64,000 nt of DNA, taken from NCBI GenBank assembly GCA_051047955.1, contig JBPGPT010000006.1:248001-312000 (forward strand). The letters run 5' to 3'. Below, one piece after another: positions 14,458 to 29,106 of the stretch (within the stretch, counting starts at the first letter, position 1; each line of letters starts with the position of its first letter). This DNA is from Cystobasidiomycetes sp. EMM_F5 (taxonomy: Eukaryota). Position numbers and translations under genes: made by a program. The notes below the pieces were generated by a model. The model saw only the letters and a program-made list of their open reading frames with translations, had not been told where the DNA came from and searched no databases.

Positions 14458-14804
14458 TGCGTGTCAGGATGGAGTATGCAAGACATGTCCATGAAAATCG
14501 CAAAGGCGACTGCTACGATGGCTAACAAAGCGATGCCTGATGACTGGCAGCTGAGCAAATGCGTACGCAGAGCACTGCTAATGATCTTCTGCACACACGC
14601 GTGCGGTGGTGTCGCTGACATGCTGGAAAATCGCCGCTCTGTCGCTAGCGTTCCTTTCAGCATTCCTCGTGTAAAGGTAAACAATTTACACGGATAGTTA
14701 CACGAAGGAATGGGAAGGCATTCCCCTGGAAAATGCAAAGAGCGGACTCTGACCCGTCTTATACCTACCCTTTGGCCCCCTCGTTAAAGCTGTACCACAC
14801 CAAA

Positions 14805-15438
14805 ATGCGACTTTCCAATATATTGCTCGCGTTGGGCTGCGTGTTCTCGGTACGCGCATCCACACTGGCAGATGCAGGTCACAACGCCCTATCAGATCGC
14901 AATCTGTATGAAAAGAATGTCGTGAGGTGAGTATAGCTCGACATTTCGCTTGGCAACTCAGCAATACGTGGACTAATTTAAAAGCAGGAAACACTTGCGG
15001 CCACGGCAAAGCCCCTCGCCTGCTTCTTGGACGAGTCTTGCGTCAGGTCTGGCGTCTGCATCAGATGACGATGATGACGACGATGGCGACGACAACGACT
15101 CAAATAATGGTCGTACCATTGTTGACGATCCAGGTTCCTCTTCTGGCATAGACGCGCGATCAATCTACCTTGGATGCCCGGCATCAACACGGCCCGTTGT
15201 CTATGCGATCGACTCTGCTGCCTTGCCTGGCGATGTCGCGTACGATGGTCCGACATTACGATGTGATGCACTCGATCAAAATAGCTATGTCACGGCGCAA
15301 TGCTTCTTTGACCCAAGGAACGGTCGATTCATCGCGGCCGACAATGATGACGCGGACGGGCCAGTTGACCGTCCTTCTGTATGCACCCAGTCGGCAAAGT
15401 CAGTCGCCATCACTCCTTCATCTTGCGTTGTGCCGTAG
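14805..15438 (+). CDS. Small secreted Cys-containing protein with acidic tract (2 exons, intron 14927-14987)
   Basis: Signal peptide MRLSNILLALGCVFSVRA; in-frame splice to ORF 14995; poly-Asp tract; 5 Cys in the C-terminal domain. Confidence 0.65.
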
Positions 15439-16015
15439 TCTGACGAGTATCCGCCTCCATTATCACAGTTTACGCACCCAGTCGCATTGCTATACCATAT
15501 GGTGCGTATCAAAGGACACTGCTGTGATCTAAGCGCTGCTCACCCGTCGTATATAGCACTTCACCCGCACCCGGCTGGACGTTTTACGGCGCAAGATTGG
15601 AGACAAACAGCGTAACCTGTCGCAACATGGCTTCCAACACCATCTGTACTTTCGATACTGATAATGGACGACCAAAACCAAGATTGCTGCCCGGATGTGG
15701 CAACGTCAGTGTCGTGGTCGGAACTTGCACGCGCCCGTGATGCGCTTGCGCCTATCAAAGGAATGTACACGTGGTGACTGCGGATCATACAGCTATCGTA
15801 GAATTGGCTAAAGACAACGTCATTCCCTTTTACTGTTTGACCGAATCCATCGTTTTTCGTTCGACAAACGCACAAGTCTAGCATAAATGGCTGTCGCCCA
15901 TCATTACCATTCTGACTACTACTGAAGACAATCGATACAGCTACAGAGCAAGGGAGCCTGTCGCTGGTCAGTCACTGAAGCCGATCAGGAGCACATTTAT
16001 ATCAAAGCGCATGAA

Positions 16016-17178
16016 ATGCCTGGAACAACGCTTCTGCACCTGCCGTTTGATGTGCTGGTCAAAATATTCGCGCTATTACCTGCTCGGACGCACTTGGGTG
16101 AGAGGCGAGAGAATGCAACAGCAGAACTTCATATTAATCAGTCATGCCTTATCTAGACTATGCTACAGTCTGCTCAACCATATGCGATGTTGTGACACAC
16201 ATCGGGCTTGCTGACATGCTAATGCTACCGTTAAGTCGACTCGCGGAGCTGGCACAAATGCAAGATATGACGCCTCGCTTACGAAGCCTCCTGAGCAGAC
16301 TCAGCGGGTTGTGTATGACATACACCACGCCATACACTGGAAATGCTGATGAGATTAGCATCTCGTTGCATCCCCTGAAGCTAAAGCCTCGCACGCTCAT
16401 CCTCAACCTGAGCCAAGACGTCATGAGCCTGCCAGACCTTTTATATGGTATGGTCGAATGCTATCAGGTCCTAGAGCTTCGGATTTTGCAAACTGGGTTC
16501 CGTTTGCAGCCAACCGAAAGTAATATCATGCCCTTATTGCGAGCTTGCGCTGCGACCGTTCAACGCGTCGACCTCTGCAAAATATGGCAGAAAAGCCCTC
16601 CATCCCCCTCTACCGTTGCTCTCAGATACCCTTGCTTACAACACGTCACAGTGGACAAGTGCTACCCATCGCCCGACGGGCTGCTGGACGCTATTCTCGC
16701 TTGTGCACCCCGTCTCATCTCGCTGGAGCTGTGGAATATGGTGCAGCCCGACAGCCTGGACTATAGCGCAACTCTCGAAATATGGACTCTGCTCAGGCTG
16801 TGCGGCTCAAATCTCACATATTTGTGCTTAGGCTTCAATATACCCGCGTTGTATGCCGACAAGAAGATATCACAGGTACTGGAGAGGGTGCCGAACGTCA
16901 TTGAAGCCCGCTTTTGCAACATTCGCTTCCGCGTATCCCTTCTGCAGCAGTTGCGTTCTCTTACGGAGTTGCATCTACAATGGTGCTGTGAACCCGCCGA
17001 TACGATCTCGAGTTTGGAGGATGCATCATGGCTACCAACGCTGCGCATACTGTCCGCGCAATATCATTCTGAGGTTGCGATGGAACGTGAGAAGCTTGTT
17101 GGCTCTTGTGGCAAGAGAAATGTACAGCTGGTGGACTATTATGCCTATGCTAAACCTCCGTGGAACAGGAAGCAGTGA
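16016..17178 (+). CDS. F-box protein with RNI/LRR-like C-terminus (2 exons)
   Basis: Exon 1 MPGTTLLHLPFDVLVKIFALLP (F-box-like) splices in frame to ORF 16144. LxxLxL repeats: APRLISLEL, NLTYLCL, SLTELHL, PTLRIL. Confidence 0.7.
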
Positions 17179-17370
17179 GGAAGCGGAGAAGCCAAGCGTG
17201 GAGGCTTTCCGTTGATCGGTCAGAATTAGTTGATAACTATGCTCGCACATTGTTGGCCAGGTATGATTTATCGCAGCGTAATTCAGCATCAGTTCAGAAA
17301 GTCGTCGTGTTGGCAATCTTGACCTTGTGCTAATCCAAGATGCAAACGTATTGCGCAGCTTAGAATTATC

Positions 17371-19162
17371 ATGGAGCATGCATCGGCCGGGTCAAGTGTA
17401 GCTGGTCCGTCAGTGGTCAAGCCGAAGAAGACCAAGTCCAAGTGGGAACTGGAGGACGATGACGAGGGTCCAGTCCGGCCAGTCAAGAAAAGAGTCAAGA
17501 AGGTCAAGACGTTCACAAGCGGCGTATACGATGGAGCAACGTCTGGAAATGAATCCGCGGGAATCAGAACAAGGCCATCCACACCCAGCGCTCTAGACAA
17601 TCGTTCGAGCGCCGGCAAAGGAAAGATGTCTGCAGCGTCAAGCCATCCGACACTGCAAGGCTGTCGCTCCGTCTACTGCTACGAGAGACTGAATCACATT
17701 GAAGAAGGCTCGTATGGAGTCGTTTCGAGGGCAAGAGACCGCGAGACTGGCGACATTGTTGCGTTGAAAAAGCTCAAGATGGATCAGGAGAAGAATGGCT
17801 TTCCGATAACAAGTCTGCGCGAGATACGAACGTTGATGATGGTTGGGGAGCATGAAAATATCGTCCGTGTGAGAGAGATTGTGGTCGGAGACACTTTGAC
17901 ACAGTGAGCAGCAGTTCTGCCCGAAAGAGGCATTACTTTCGACAATCCTTCTCACGCACACATTGCAGAGTCTTCATCGTAATGGACTTTGTCGAACACG
18001 ACCTCAAGTCCCTATTGTCTACAATGCGAACGCCATTTCTGGCTTCCGAAGTCAAGACCCTCATGCTCCAGCTACTGTCAGCGATTGCATTATGTCACGA
18101 CAACTGGATACTGCATAGAGATCTCAAGACGTCAAATTTGCTCATGAACAACCGCGGACAGATCAAAGTGGCAGACTTTGGTCTGGCGAGAACGTATGGG
18201 GAGCCGCTTGGAAATATGACACAACTGGTCGTCACGTTATGGTACCGGTGCGCGCAGGCTACTTCTCCCATCCACAAAAGACAAAGCTCGCGCTGAGACT
18301 GTTCTTGGCACCTTTACACCGTGTCTGCCTGACTCTGGCTGATCTATTTCGTATGCATCTCTTCGCATGGATACGCCACCCCTCTTCCCGCGTTATCGAC
18401 CAAGCGCGCCGGAGCTTCTCCTTGGAGAGACAGAGTACTCGACGGCTGTCGACATGTGGTCCGTCGGTTGCGTTATGGCAGAACTCATACAGAAAGAGCC
18501 GCTTTTGCCAGGTAAAGGCGAAATTGATCAGCTGAATAGGGTGCGTACATGACGGGGATTGTCCGGAAGCCAATGTCGCTGAAGTCGTTTGTGACTGTGT
18601 TGCCGCAGACATTCAAGCTGCTTGGGAGACCAACCGAGGAGATCTGGCCGGGGCTATCACTTCTAGCCAACTACAAGAACCTGAACCTGTCATCTATACA
18701 GCCGTGAGTTTTATCACAGAGACATAAAACTGTCTACCGTCTGAAGGCGTGCTGTCCTTGAATCAGCTATTCGAATCTCCGCGCCAAGTTTCGCTACACG
18801 TCTGATCTGGGTGTCGACCTGATGAACAGGCTCTTGTGCTACGATCCAAAGCAAAGGATATCTGCCGAGGAGGCACTCAAGCATCCGTGGTTTACGTGAG
18901 TCTCAAGCCATTGTCGTGACATATTCAGCGCAATCACTGACGAAAGCTTTGTGTTGATCACAGGGAGTCACCATTGCCAAAGCACCCAGACATGTTTCAA
19001 TCCTTTCCGTCCGTCGCGGCGGGAGAAAAGTGGGTTCAGGCCGTATTTCGTCTGTCACAGTATAGGCACTGATGGGCCGATTCGATACACAGGAAGCATG
19101 CATTTGCTTCGCCCAGTGCGCCTGAGCGGCATCGAGACCAGCAGTATGAGCTTATATTCTAA
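17371..19162 (+). CDS. CDK11: Cyclin-dependent kinase CDK11/PITSLRE (Ppk23-like), multi-exon
   Basis: [59 protein letters not shown]. Confidence 0.93.
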
Positions 19163-19418
19163 GGTTGTCCGAGATGATGGCACTTCAAAAGACTGGGTAT
19201 GCCATTACCGTGCACGGACCTCTTGCTTGAGTTGTGCAGAAAGTAGGACCGTTATAGCGTTACGATGTCGATTCTGTCAAGCACGAGGGACCCCGCAGCG
19301 ACAAGCAACACTTGCAGAGTGATTAGATTGACAAGTAGCTCATGCGCGATAGTGATAATCAGTTGGTTTCGGGCGGTGCGTAGCCTGTGCGAGAATTCTG
19401 AACGAGGCGGGGTATATA

Positions 19419-19947
19419 TTAGTTCGGGCACAGCATGGCAGCCTGCATTGAGTGATGAGCTGGAGTTGGTTGGTCATGTCGACACTGCAACGCAGACTGG
19501 ACTGCGAAAGTGATAGTCTGCGGATGTATCATTGACCTCTCTGGTACCCGAAAGGTGAGCTCGCGGTCAGGACTCGGACTCGGTATCGAGCCAAACATCG
19601 ACGGCATTGGACGATGTGCTGATGTAGTGTTCCATCTTGTAGCTGGATTATTGCCCGTCTGCGTTTCGTCGAGCTGCCTTACACCTCGGTCAAGGCTTTC
19701 GAGCTCAGCCTCATTGCAGCTCGCCCTCAAAGCGCCAGCCAATACCAGTGCAGCCTCTTGTCGCCAACACTTGTCCTCATTAAACATCGTACGGTGTCCG
19801 GTTCTGGACAGCTCAGCCAGTCTGCGCTCAGCCAAGGCAAGGCTGCCCAGTCTTGTGAGGGAAAACTCAGCAGCCACTTTCGCAGGCAGGCCGTCAGGAC
19901 ATTAAATAGTGGTCTAGCTGGTCGAAAAGGTCATTATACTGCGCATT
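19419..19947 (-). CDS. Possible small hypothetical protein
   Basis: 152-codon open frame with helical composition and a possible short first exon upstream. No recognisable motif. Confidence 0.3.
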
Positions 19948-20707
19948 TCAGGTGATTACCGGCACTCTTATACTCGATATCAACAGTCCTCCAGCCATTT
20001 CGGTAAAGGGATTTGGATGGCTCGCAGACACCCTACACACCAACAACATCCCTCAAGCGCTCACCGCCCTTAAGTAGACGTCAAGGTCGCCTTGCGAGAG
20101 ATCTGCATCGCAAACAGGTTCCGATATCAACGCCACTTTACACGTCCATTCACAGCCAGAAGGAATCTGCAAAGCTGCATTTTCAGTGACGTCGCAAGTC
20201 TACAGAGCTCAATTCCTGTGAATGGTCATCCTGGACGCATAGCTTGGTCGTCAATGTGCTTGGAAAAATGGTCACTTCGCTGCAACTTCTTGTCGACGAG
20301 GAAGAGGCCAGGCTGCAATTCGGCAGCGCAAATCATATCCAACATGATCCCTACGTGTTGGAGAGACCGCTGGAGCGCACCAATCGTGTCAGTCTAGTCC
20401 CATTGAGTCTGAGGCAGACCCGTGACTAATTCCGTCCATTCACATCTTCCTCCCTGACATGCCGCTGGCTTTGTTTTGCTTGGGGTGCGCATGCCCATTC
20501 ACGACGATGCACACTTATTCCCAAATATGACAATTTTAATCTGTGCGTGCGATTGGCGATATGTCCCTGCATTCCTCGATCAACGCAAACGACGCAAAAT
20601 AACCAACCCGCTGCCACGACGGGACATAATGCGACTGTCGTCAAATCAATCGCTGATGACTGACTCTGCGTGACCTTTACGCATTCGGACGCCGTCTGAC
20701 ACAAATC

Positions 20708-23700
20708 ATGGCCACTGCCGCCGGGAAACCGCGACTGCTGCCGCAACGTCGCTCAACGCGTGACCGGATGCGAAATGTTGGCGAAACTGCTGCGATGACC
20801 ACAAACGGCGCTGCTGCGATACGTATGTCGGCTCTGGCGTCTGCATCAACACCCAATCTCGCCGTATCGACGCACGCTCACGTCCTGCAGTACTCCAAGT
20901 CGGTTGAGAGAATCAACATGACTGATGTCGGCGGTAGGGTCGGGCCAATCAACCGTATGGGCAAAGTAGACCTAACGGATCCCTGGGGAGAAGCATGGGC
21001 AGTAGATTCACCGTACGACGCGTCGCTGGCGTACTCTGCTAATCCAGCAAGGATGGCTTCAAGACAGTCGGCCTATTTCTATCCGGACCGTGAGATCCCA
21101 TCACCTTCCTCTTTGGTGGGATCCGCCCTCCCGTCACCATCTTCGCATATATTGCAAACGCCTTCAGCAAATACATCATCTCCTGCACTCTCTGGTGCGT
21201 CCAGCATTACTGCCTCCTCGACAATCAGCTTTCAGGCACAGCAGCCGTGGTCGGAGGCATCTAGCGCCACTTCGGCGGGTTCAAGCGAGATTGCGTTTGC
21301 GCAACTCAAGGGAGATGATCCGACGTCGGCGGAGGGTACATCTTTGATGCCATTGCGGGCCAATGGCGTCCCTTTGCAGTCCGCCCTTTCCCAAAATACA
21401 GGAAATTCGAAACGTAGAAGCGTATCGTTTCATGGCAATCTCGCTGCTCTGGCCGAACATTACGGCCCGTCAGGTTCATCTTCGTCCCGTTCGCTGTATG
21501 ACCGTCCCCGGTCAGAGTATGCCGGCTCCCCGTCCTTTTCTCGCGCTCGCTCGTCTAGCCATCTTTCAAGTCAGTCGCGGCAAAGAGGCATCGAGAGCAG
21601 CCTCATGTTGCCCCGCCCATCAAGTTCGAATCGCGGAGGCGACTTTGACATCATGGCTCGACGCCAGTCCATCGCGTCATTGGTCGCCAATGAGCTTCCC
21701 CCTGTACCCATAGACCCGCGAGTGCTTGCAAAACAGCAAAAGCGCAGTGGTGGCGCTGGGAAAAGCCCTTTGTCAACTACGATGACTGCATCGAATTCTC
21801 TGTTGGGACCAGCAAAAAATGCCGGAGATAATGCTAGCATTATGTCTAGCAGCCGCTTTAGTCAGATCTCCGTCGCTTCTACCACAAGGCGGAAATCAAC
21901 CTTCGCGTGGCTGGGCCGCGCTCCGTCGCAGAACGACATCCAAGGTGGCGCTATCGCCAAACCAGCCCTCAGTACAGATAGCAAACCGCTTCCCACACGG
22001 GCATATACGACCCCAGCTCCGACGCAAGTGACCCACAGTCCATCAAAATCTACACCACCCTCACCGAGCAAGTCTAACGCGCGATCTGCCCGTCTTACCA
22101 CCGCACCGCCAGTTCCACCTATGCCACAGTCGTCGACCTTACTGCAGCCATCATCTCAAACCCAGCAACAGCGTGTGTCGCCGTCACGTACAGCTTCTGC
22201 CTTGTCACAGGCATCCATGGGTACACCAAGCCTCTTATCTGTGCAAACGAGCTCGACAGGGGCAACTTCTTTACCATCAACCTCGTCCTATAATTCTATG
22301 GCTGCCGTTGACAGTAAACTTGTGGAACAATCGCGTCAAGCCTATGGCATTACTCGTTCTCCGCCTTCAGCTCTTCCTCCGAGTCAGACTGACACAACAA
22401 GCAGGGAATTTCTCGACCACAGCGCAAACAGTCCAGCGAATGTCCACAATGCATCATCACCCGCTCCTGCGCCAGCTCTTGTGGGAGAAAGTGCTCCACA
22501 ATTGCCAACTCTGAAATCATTAATGGATCTGTCGGCCGTACGAGCCGCTGAGGCAACTTCGAGCCCAGGGCCAGATGTCACGCGTACGCCGCAACCTAAA
22601 ACCTCTTTGAACAGTCTCAGCAATAAGCGGCAGTCCGCCGTACCGCCAAGAAGCTCGTCGTTGAAATCGTTATCGAGCATAGCCGATGACCACGCCAGAC
22701 CTGCATCTAGCGTGGATACTGGCCCGCGTCCGTATATTCCGCCAAATAGCCACAAGCTGTCATCATTTCCCTCGTCATTCGCGTCCAAGAATACACAGAC
22801 CGCTTTCGAGCAAGCGGAAATTGTGCAATCGCATCCTCCACCCAGGAGGAGCACGAACGGTGCGACACTTCCGCAGGTCGTTGAGGAAAAGTTGCAAATG
22901 TCCAAACAGGCAATGAGACCCGTGGTAGTCGAGCAATGCCGGTACTATCCCTCTTCCGCCGGCGAGGACCTACAGCGGAACGGCATGGTTTCATCAGCTT
23001 CAGTCAACTCGCTTCAGGCAATCGACGTTCCACTCCCCGCTTCGCCAGAGCCTATTCGTCCGGACTCAGTCAACTCCATTACTTCTGCGATGCTAAACGT
23101 CCGAACCAGCTCGCTTGCGACCGCGCGCCGAGACGACAAACTTGGAGATCAGGCAACCAGCACCTACAATGATGCAGCTTCGCGAAATTCCAATTCTGGT
23201 TCACTTCACAGCGCATCTACAGTCCGCCCGCCGCAAATGCTGCAGGTAGAAACGCGAAGTGTTGAACACGAGCAACGTAAGTTCAGCGTTACAGCTGATT
23301 TAAAACAATCTGACATTGTCGTTCATGTCGTCAGTCCGAGCGCGTGCATCATCTCCCAACTTGCGACCGTCAAAAGCTGGTTCGGCGACTCCGTCTGTAG
23401 CACCTAAAGTCATCGTGGAGCCATCTGGCAAAGCATTGCCCAAGCCTTCGAAGACACCGTTCAGCTTTTTCAAGCGCAATCGTTCAAAGACGATCGGCGA
23501 AACTTCGAAAACACAGCAGCATTCCAAAACTGCAGTACCATCTGTTCCGGCTGTCTCCACCCCACCCCTCTCCTTTTCGTCCTCGAGCACATCGACAGCA
23601 TCGCGTTCCGTTGCATCTGAACAGTTTTACGCAGAGTTTAGTCCGCCCTCGATTTCTCAGGCTACTCGCAAGCTGGAACGTTCGCGTCAGAGCACATTCA

Positions 23701-23774
23701 GTTCCCTTCTCGGCTCACGTCGAAAGCCCGCTGTCTCCTCGCTCGGCAACGTCACCAATACTACTACTATCTGA
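20708..23774 (+). CDS. Large Ser/Pro/Thr-rich, probably disordered hypothetical protein (2 exons, intron ~23278-23334)
   Basis: 899-aa ORF; a gtaagt…ctgac…cag intron joins it to the 23316 frame. Confidence 0.75.
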
Positions 23775-24301
23775 GCTCTCAAAATGTAATCATCTTCCAT
23801 TCGTTATTTGCTCCTTTTACAGTTATATCCGGAAATTATGCAAGGACACTGCTAGGGCTGCTGGAAAGTTGTTGTGACTATTACATATGCTGCAAGTCCA
23901 TCAGAATAGTCAGCGCAGTCCCGTTCCCGTTGTAGCTTGATGTTATATCCATTACGTATGCGCCTTGTTGCGGTTGCCAATCGCTTTGCAGTCGTATATC
24001 ACCGCATCGCGCTGCTGTGTGTTGTTGTCTCGCTTACGATCTCAACCACGCTCTGACGACCCTACTGGCTCCCCAGATTACGTCCGGAGATGCGTAAACC
24101 ACTGGCTGTGTCGAGGAAGGGCAAACCTTACTTGTATAGATCGCTCAACACTCTTTTGTATTTACCAGCACGCATCGACTAGGTGTTGTATTGCATGGAT
24201 CGAAGACTGTTGCTGGCGTTGATGCCGCGCTAACAGCAGACTGACGCCTTTCGATCTCCGGCCCTGCCTGCGATGAGGTGCGCAGTGTCGCATCGGTGTA
24301 T

Positions 24302-26211
24302 TCAGAAGGTAGGTGTGTATAGTCGCGAGCTGGAGTCGAAAACTGATTGGTGCGGACACCAGCAGCGGCGAGTCGGATATTCGAATCCAGGACAGGCGGT
24401 CTTCGAGGAGCAGCCGTCTTGGAAAGACGATTCGAAACGAACGACCGTCCGAAACTCGCCAGATCTAGTTGTGTTTGTGGTGGGATTCTCGCTGTGCCCC
24501 GATTGATGTGCGCTCAGCTGTATGGCTGGGTCCGCTGTGCGAGGGAGAAAAATGGCAATGTCTGTGTGGTCATTTTGCAGAGCCGTGAAGGGCGACGACA
24601 TTGTACTAGTTTGCCAATTATCGGAGTGTAGAGCAGCAGCATGACGTCCGTGCGATGGAGGTCTACCGTTCACGGTGGCCGTTTCATCGCTGCCAGCATG
24701 AGCATGTAAATGAGCCGTATTGAGTACAGTAGCATACCTGTGATGGTCTTCGGCATGTGCGGGCAGATTCGTTTGCGGACACTGGCGCGTCGGATATTGT
24801 TGGGGGATGCGTAGAGCCTGATCGTGGCGTACAGCTCCAGTAGCGAGGCCGAAGGAATGAATATCATCGGGACCGGTATCGGCTGACGGTACTGAGTTGT
24901 TCAGATGCAGGCGAAGCCGGCTTTGCATCCCTTGATCTGGTAGTTTGAGGTGTGTCCGTGCTGCTGCCGCCGCTAGTTTCGATGCGTAGCTGTCATGATT
25001 CCCTGATCGGCCTGTAACGGGCTGCAATATGGGCGGCCGTGTTGGAGCAACACTGTATGGCATTGCACTGCGAGTATTGCGGGCCTGGGCGAAGCCAATA
25101 GTTGCCCGTTCTTGAACATTTGCGAAGTCGATAGAATCGATAGGCTGAGGGCGAGCTTGCTGTCGTGTAGTTGTGTCCGTGTTGGCGAGATCGTGCTGGT
25201 CGACTGCGTGAAGCATTGAAGCGGGTATGTGGTTTATTCGGCGAGGCACAGAATGCTAGAATCTAGAACTCAGTAACAGGACGCCTTGCCACAGTTGGCT
25301 TACAATGCGTTTAAACTCTTCCAGCGACCTGAATTTAGGTTTCTTCCTAGACGCGCGAGGAGTGTGAGGAGTGATAGCAGGCATACTCGCAACGTCGTTC
25401 ATAATCGGTAATATCATGTCGCGATCAGGCTTCAGCGGCATTGGCAACTCAGTAGACATGGCTTCTTCTTCAGAACGCTTCCAGAAAGCTTTTGTATCGA
25501 AGCCATCGGGAACGACTGCGCCGGACCGAGGGGTCAGGAATTCAGGATGATCTGCACCGTATTTAGTAGCTTGCTCGTATAGAACCTAGGAAACAAAGGA
25601 TGCGTCAGAGTCTGCTTTAGCCGAGTACGCTCAGCCGCGGATTCGACCTTTGCTGTCGCCCTCAATGGCTCGTCAAAGGTTTTCTTCAGCCATGTAGGGA
25701 GACCCTTTTTCTTGTGAGACATCTGACCGACGCTCGCGGATAGATCAGCTGCACGTCATACCGTATCGGTCACGTTTAGATATGCATACTTCGGCAAACA
25801 GATCTTCCCCGAACTCTCTGGACTCGCGTTTCCTCTTCTCTCCCAGTGTAATACTCTCGAGGAAGGGTTGGAAGGTACGCCTTTCCGTACTGTCGGGATC
25901 ATAATACTTGGTCGAGCTTCCAGGTTTTGGGGTGCGGAGGGCGCCGACAGGAGCGGAGGATACGGCACCGCGAACCCGGAACAAGTCTCGGTGCCCTTGA
26001 CCTGATAAAGATATATCATGAAGAAATGTAGAGAAAAGCCAATGCCCTGCTGACCTGAAGCTTCGTATTCGAGAATCCCCGAAGCCGGGCGAACGACAGT
26101 CTCGAGACTTTCGGACGCTGTCAACATTGCAGCCGGGTCATCGCGGCGACGATAGCTCGACCGCATCGACCTGCCTCCAGCCGCATAGCTCGTATGGCTC
26201 CACGATGGCAT
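24302..26211 (-). CDS. Hypothetical multi-exon protein; structure uncertain, may be two genes
   Basis: Chain of - strand ORFs (26211, 25984, 25722, 25459, 25249) separated by intron-like gaps. No motif recognised. Confidence 0.4.
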
Positions 26212-26398
26212 CGTGAGGCAGGTTGTTTCATATTTTCTTTGTTGCCCGACGCCACGTCCGGATCACTGAACGCGTCGGTGCAGAGCAGAGAAGCAAAAAG
26301 CACCAAAGTCTCAATTGTCCTCTGCGTCAATTTAAAACAGTCCATGCTGACAGTCAGACCTGTGATATCTACAAAGTCTGTTGTGTTCTCGCGCGCAG

Positions 26399-29106
26399 CT
26401 ACTCCGACCAGCTTTTACACCATTTCGCCAAGTGCTGCGGAATATTCTTACGCGACTTGACAGCTTCATCTATCATGAAAGGCCACGGAGATAGCTTGAG
26501 CGGACGATACACAGCAGCTGCTCCGCTTACGGCTTTACTGTTTGTAGAGGCATCTCTCAAGAGCTTGACTTTGATCAAATGTTCGAACGCCTGCAAGATT
26601 GAAGCTTTCAGAGACTGTAGCTGCCTTTAAGCTTAAAGACTGACCTTGAGGCATACCGCTCGAGAGAATGGTCGGCTTTGGCTCAGACCGCTCGCTGCTA
26701 TTCCTTTGGAGTGAGCTGAGTAGCGCTCGTACGCAATGACGAAGTTCAGGGGCCGTTCCTCCTCAACGACGTGCTTAGCGGCAATGAGCATCGCAACTTC
26801 GACAGTGCTTAAACCGTAAGGTATTGATCTCTCGACCGCTTGCAGGTATGGCGCAAACTGATTTGGTGATAGAGTCAGCGCCTCAGTCGAGACCGGCTTG
26901 TCAGTCTTGCAGATGGCGAATCGTAGGTTTGCAGTCATGGAGAGCTACAATTCGGATCCGCAGGTCAGCTAGTACCCTTTTTGACGGTAGTATATTTACC
27001 AGAATGTCGAAAAGCCTTCGATCTGCATCGAGACCACGCAGGTCGTTCATGCTGACAAGACCCATCTTGACGCTTTTGTCTTGGAAGAAGTGCTGCAGCG
27101 CATAACAATGTCAACCGAGTGTGATAAGTGTACATGCTCAAACGCACGTTCACGCAAGCATTCCACTCTGGGATCAGATCAGGATGTGTGCCCGCAGCTT
27201 CGTTCTGCAGCATCGCGCGGCGAGCCGTGTCGACCGTATTTGCAAAGATATCTTCAGCAGGCATGATGTGATGCACCCGGCTTTGACAGCGACTTTTGAC
27301 TCGCTTTTCCAGAGTTTCGATGCAGTCCTTTATACGCGAAAGCTGCTTGTCAGTCTGGTTTACACATACCGGCGAGGCCTGGCAGCTCACAGCTCGAGCA
27401 CTGACGCCCAATACCGCCATGCCTCCCCGTCTAAAGCCACCTTGTACACAATCTAGCAGGCAGTACAGAAAACTTTGACGCACGGAATGATGTGCGAACA
27501 GATCAAATTCGTCAATGACGATAATGAGAGGCTTCGCCTTGTTTGCAGTGTCTCTGCTATCCTCGGTAGTGCCGGGTTCCAGGATGGCCAAAAGCGAGGA
27601 CAGGATGTTTGCGGCTGACGTCTTTGCGCATCTGACACGTCAGCAATACGTCTGGTAGCTCCTCTTGCCTATCCGACTTACGAAAGAGACGGCATTCTCT
27701 CCGTTTTCTTCATCGTCTATGCAGACGGAAGAGCAGAGTTGTCGCGCAAGCTCTTTGAGAGCACTCTTGTCGTCCCGTTGTATAAGGCCGGAGAGCCTCA
27801 CGACAAGCATGCTGTCCTTTCCGTATACCGTTTGAAGTGTCGACAAACTGCGTTCGACTATCGCTGTCTTGCCAATGCCGCGCTCTCCGATGAGAAGGAG
27901 GCAATTGCCCTCGCCATCGCGGATTGTACGATCAAACGTACTGCGCACATCCCTTTCCGCTATCTCATGATTTGATGATAAGCACGACTGTTTGCTTAGC
28001 CAGGTACGATATTGACTATTGCTCGGTTCCGGTGCACGGCCACCTGAGATCGAAGCTACGGGACTGGCAAGATTGCGTAAAACAGTGTCCAGGAGTGTAA
28101 TCACCGCTTTGACACTGTGTGTGCGCGGAACATTGGGTCGCTCGGGAGTAGATGCAGGTGTCGGCATGAAAATCGGGGATGTCTTGTTGGCTGTCGTTAC
28201 GGTAAGCTCAGTAGTCGATTGTGAGTCCCAAGCCCTGTTGGTGGCCTTATCGGATTCGTTGATATCGGATGGTACATCCCCTGACGTTGCGAGTTCCCTC
28301 TGTGTTCGTCTGCGGCTCGCAGCAGAACGTATAGTAGCAGGTGACGATGGAACAGGCTTGGATGTAGACGTAGACGGAGCAGGAGAAGGCAGTAATGTAA
28401 GTCCAGCAGCTGATGGGCGAGATTTGGCGTCATTGCTACCTTCACGCGAATCGAGCGCTTCTTCAGAAGTTTGTTTCTGCGATGATATGATGTCGCGAGA
28501 TGATCGAACAGGCTCATGATGCTCTGAGAGTATCGTGCGCTTCGAGCGCGTTGCAGTCGCCGGTTCGGCGCGTACGACGACGGGAACAGGAGGGAGGTCG
28601 TCCCCATCATCCAGAGATCTCGCTTTGGAGGACGTCGCGCCCGAAACAAGATCTTTGATGTTGTTGCGAGTTCTGCTACTGATCTTGCCTTTGCTGAACC
28701 CGCCGACTGGCTTTATTCGGGTATGTGTAGAGTTTCCCAGTTCAATAGCTCGGGTCGCGGACGAAGGGCGCAGACCTAGTTCGTCAGCATCGTCACTGTC
28801 TTCGTCCACATCTTTACTCCTAGTAGACACGCGAAGTGTACAATTTGTCCGAGTCGTGGGCGTTGACAATCTGGGGCCATGACGGTCGCCAGGCTTGGGC
28901 GTGTCAATCTTTGTCGGCAGTCTCCGAGGGCCAACGGCGCCGTTGATGTGACTTTCTAAACCATGCGAAGCTCGAACTTGCTTTGACGCGGAGCTGCTAA
29001 GGTGAGAAGACCTCGACGACGAGATCTTGATCCGCTTCGAAGGTGGTGTGCCATTGGCAGCATCAACGGGGGCGCGCTTGGCTGATGAGCGCGTTGAAGA
29101 TGGCAT
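26399..29106 (-). CDS. ORC4: Origin recognition complex subunit 4 (AAA+), long disordered N-terminus, multi-exon
   Basis: GEGNCLLLIGERGIGKT (Walker A), IVIDEFDLFA (Walker B), RQSFLYCLLD, LEKRVKSRCQSR. Confidence 0.93.

Noticed and set aside
20092..20429. Short + strand ORFs between CDK11 and the Ser-rich gene
   Set aside because: No clear ATG/exon structure or motif; cannot support a gene call.
23278..23407. Apparent frameshift between ORFs 20708 and 23316
   Set aside because: Explained by a canonical gtaagt…ctgac…cag intron.
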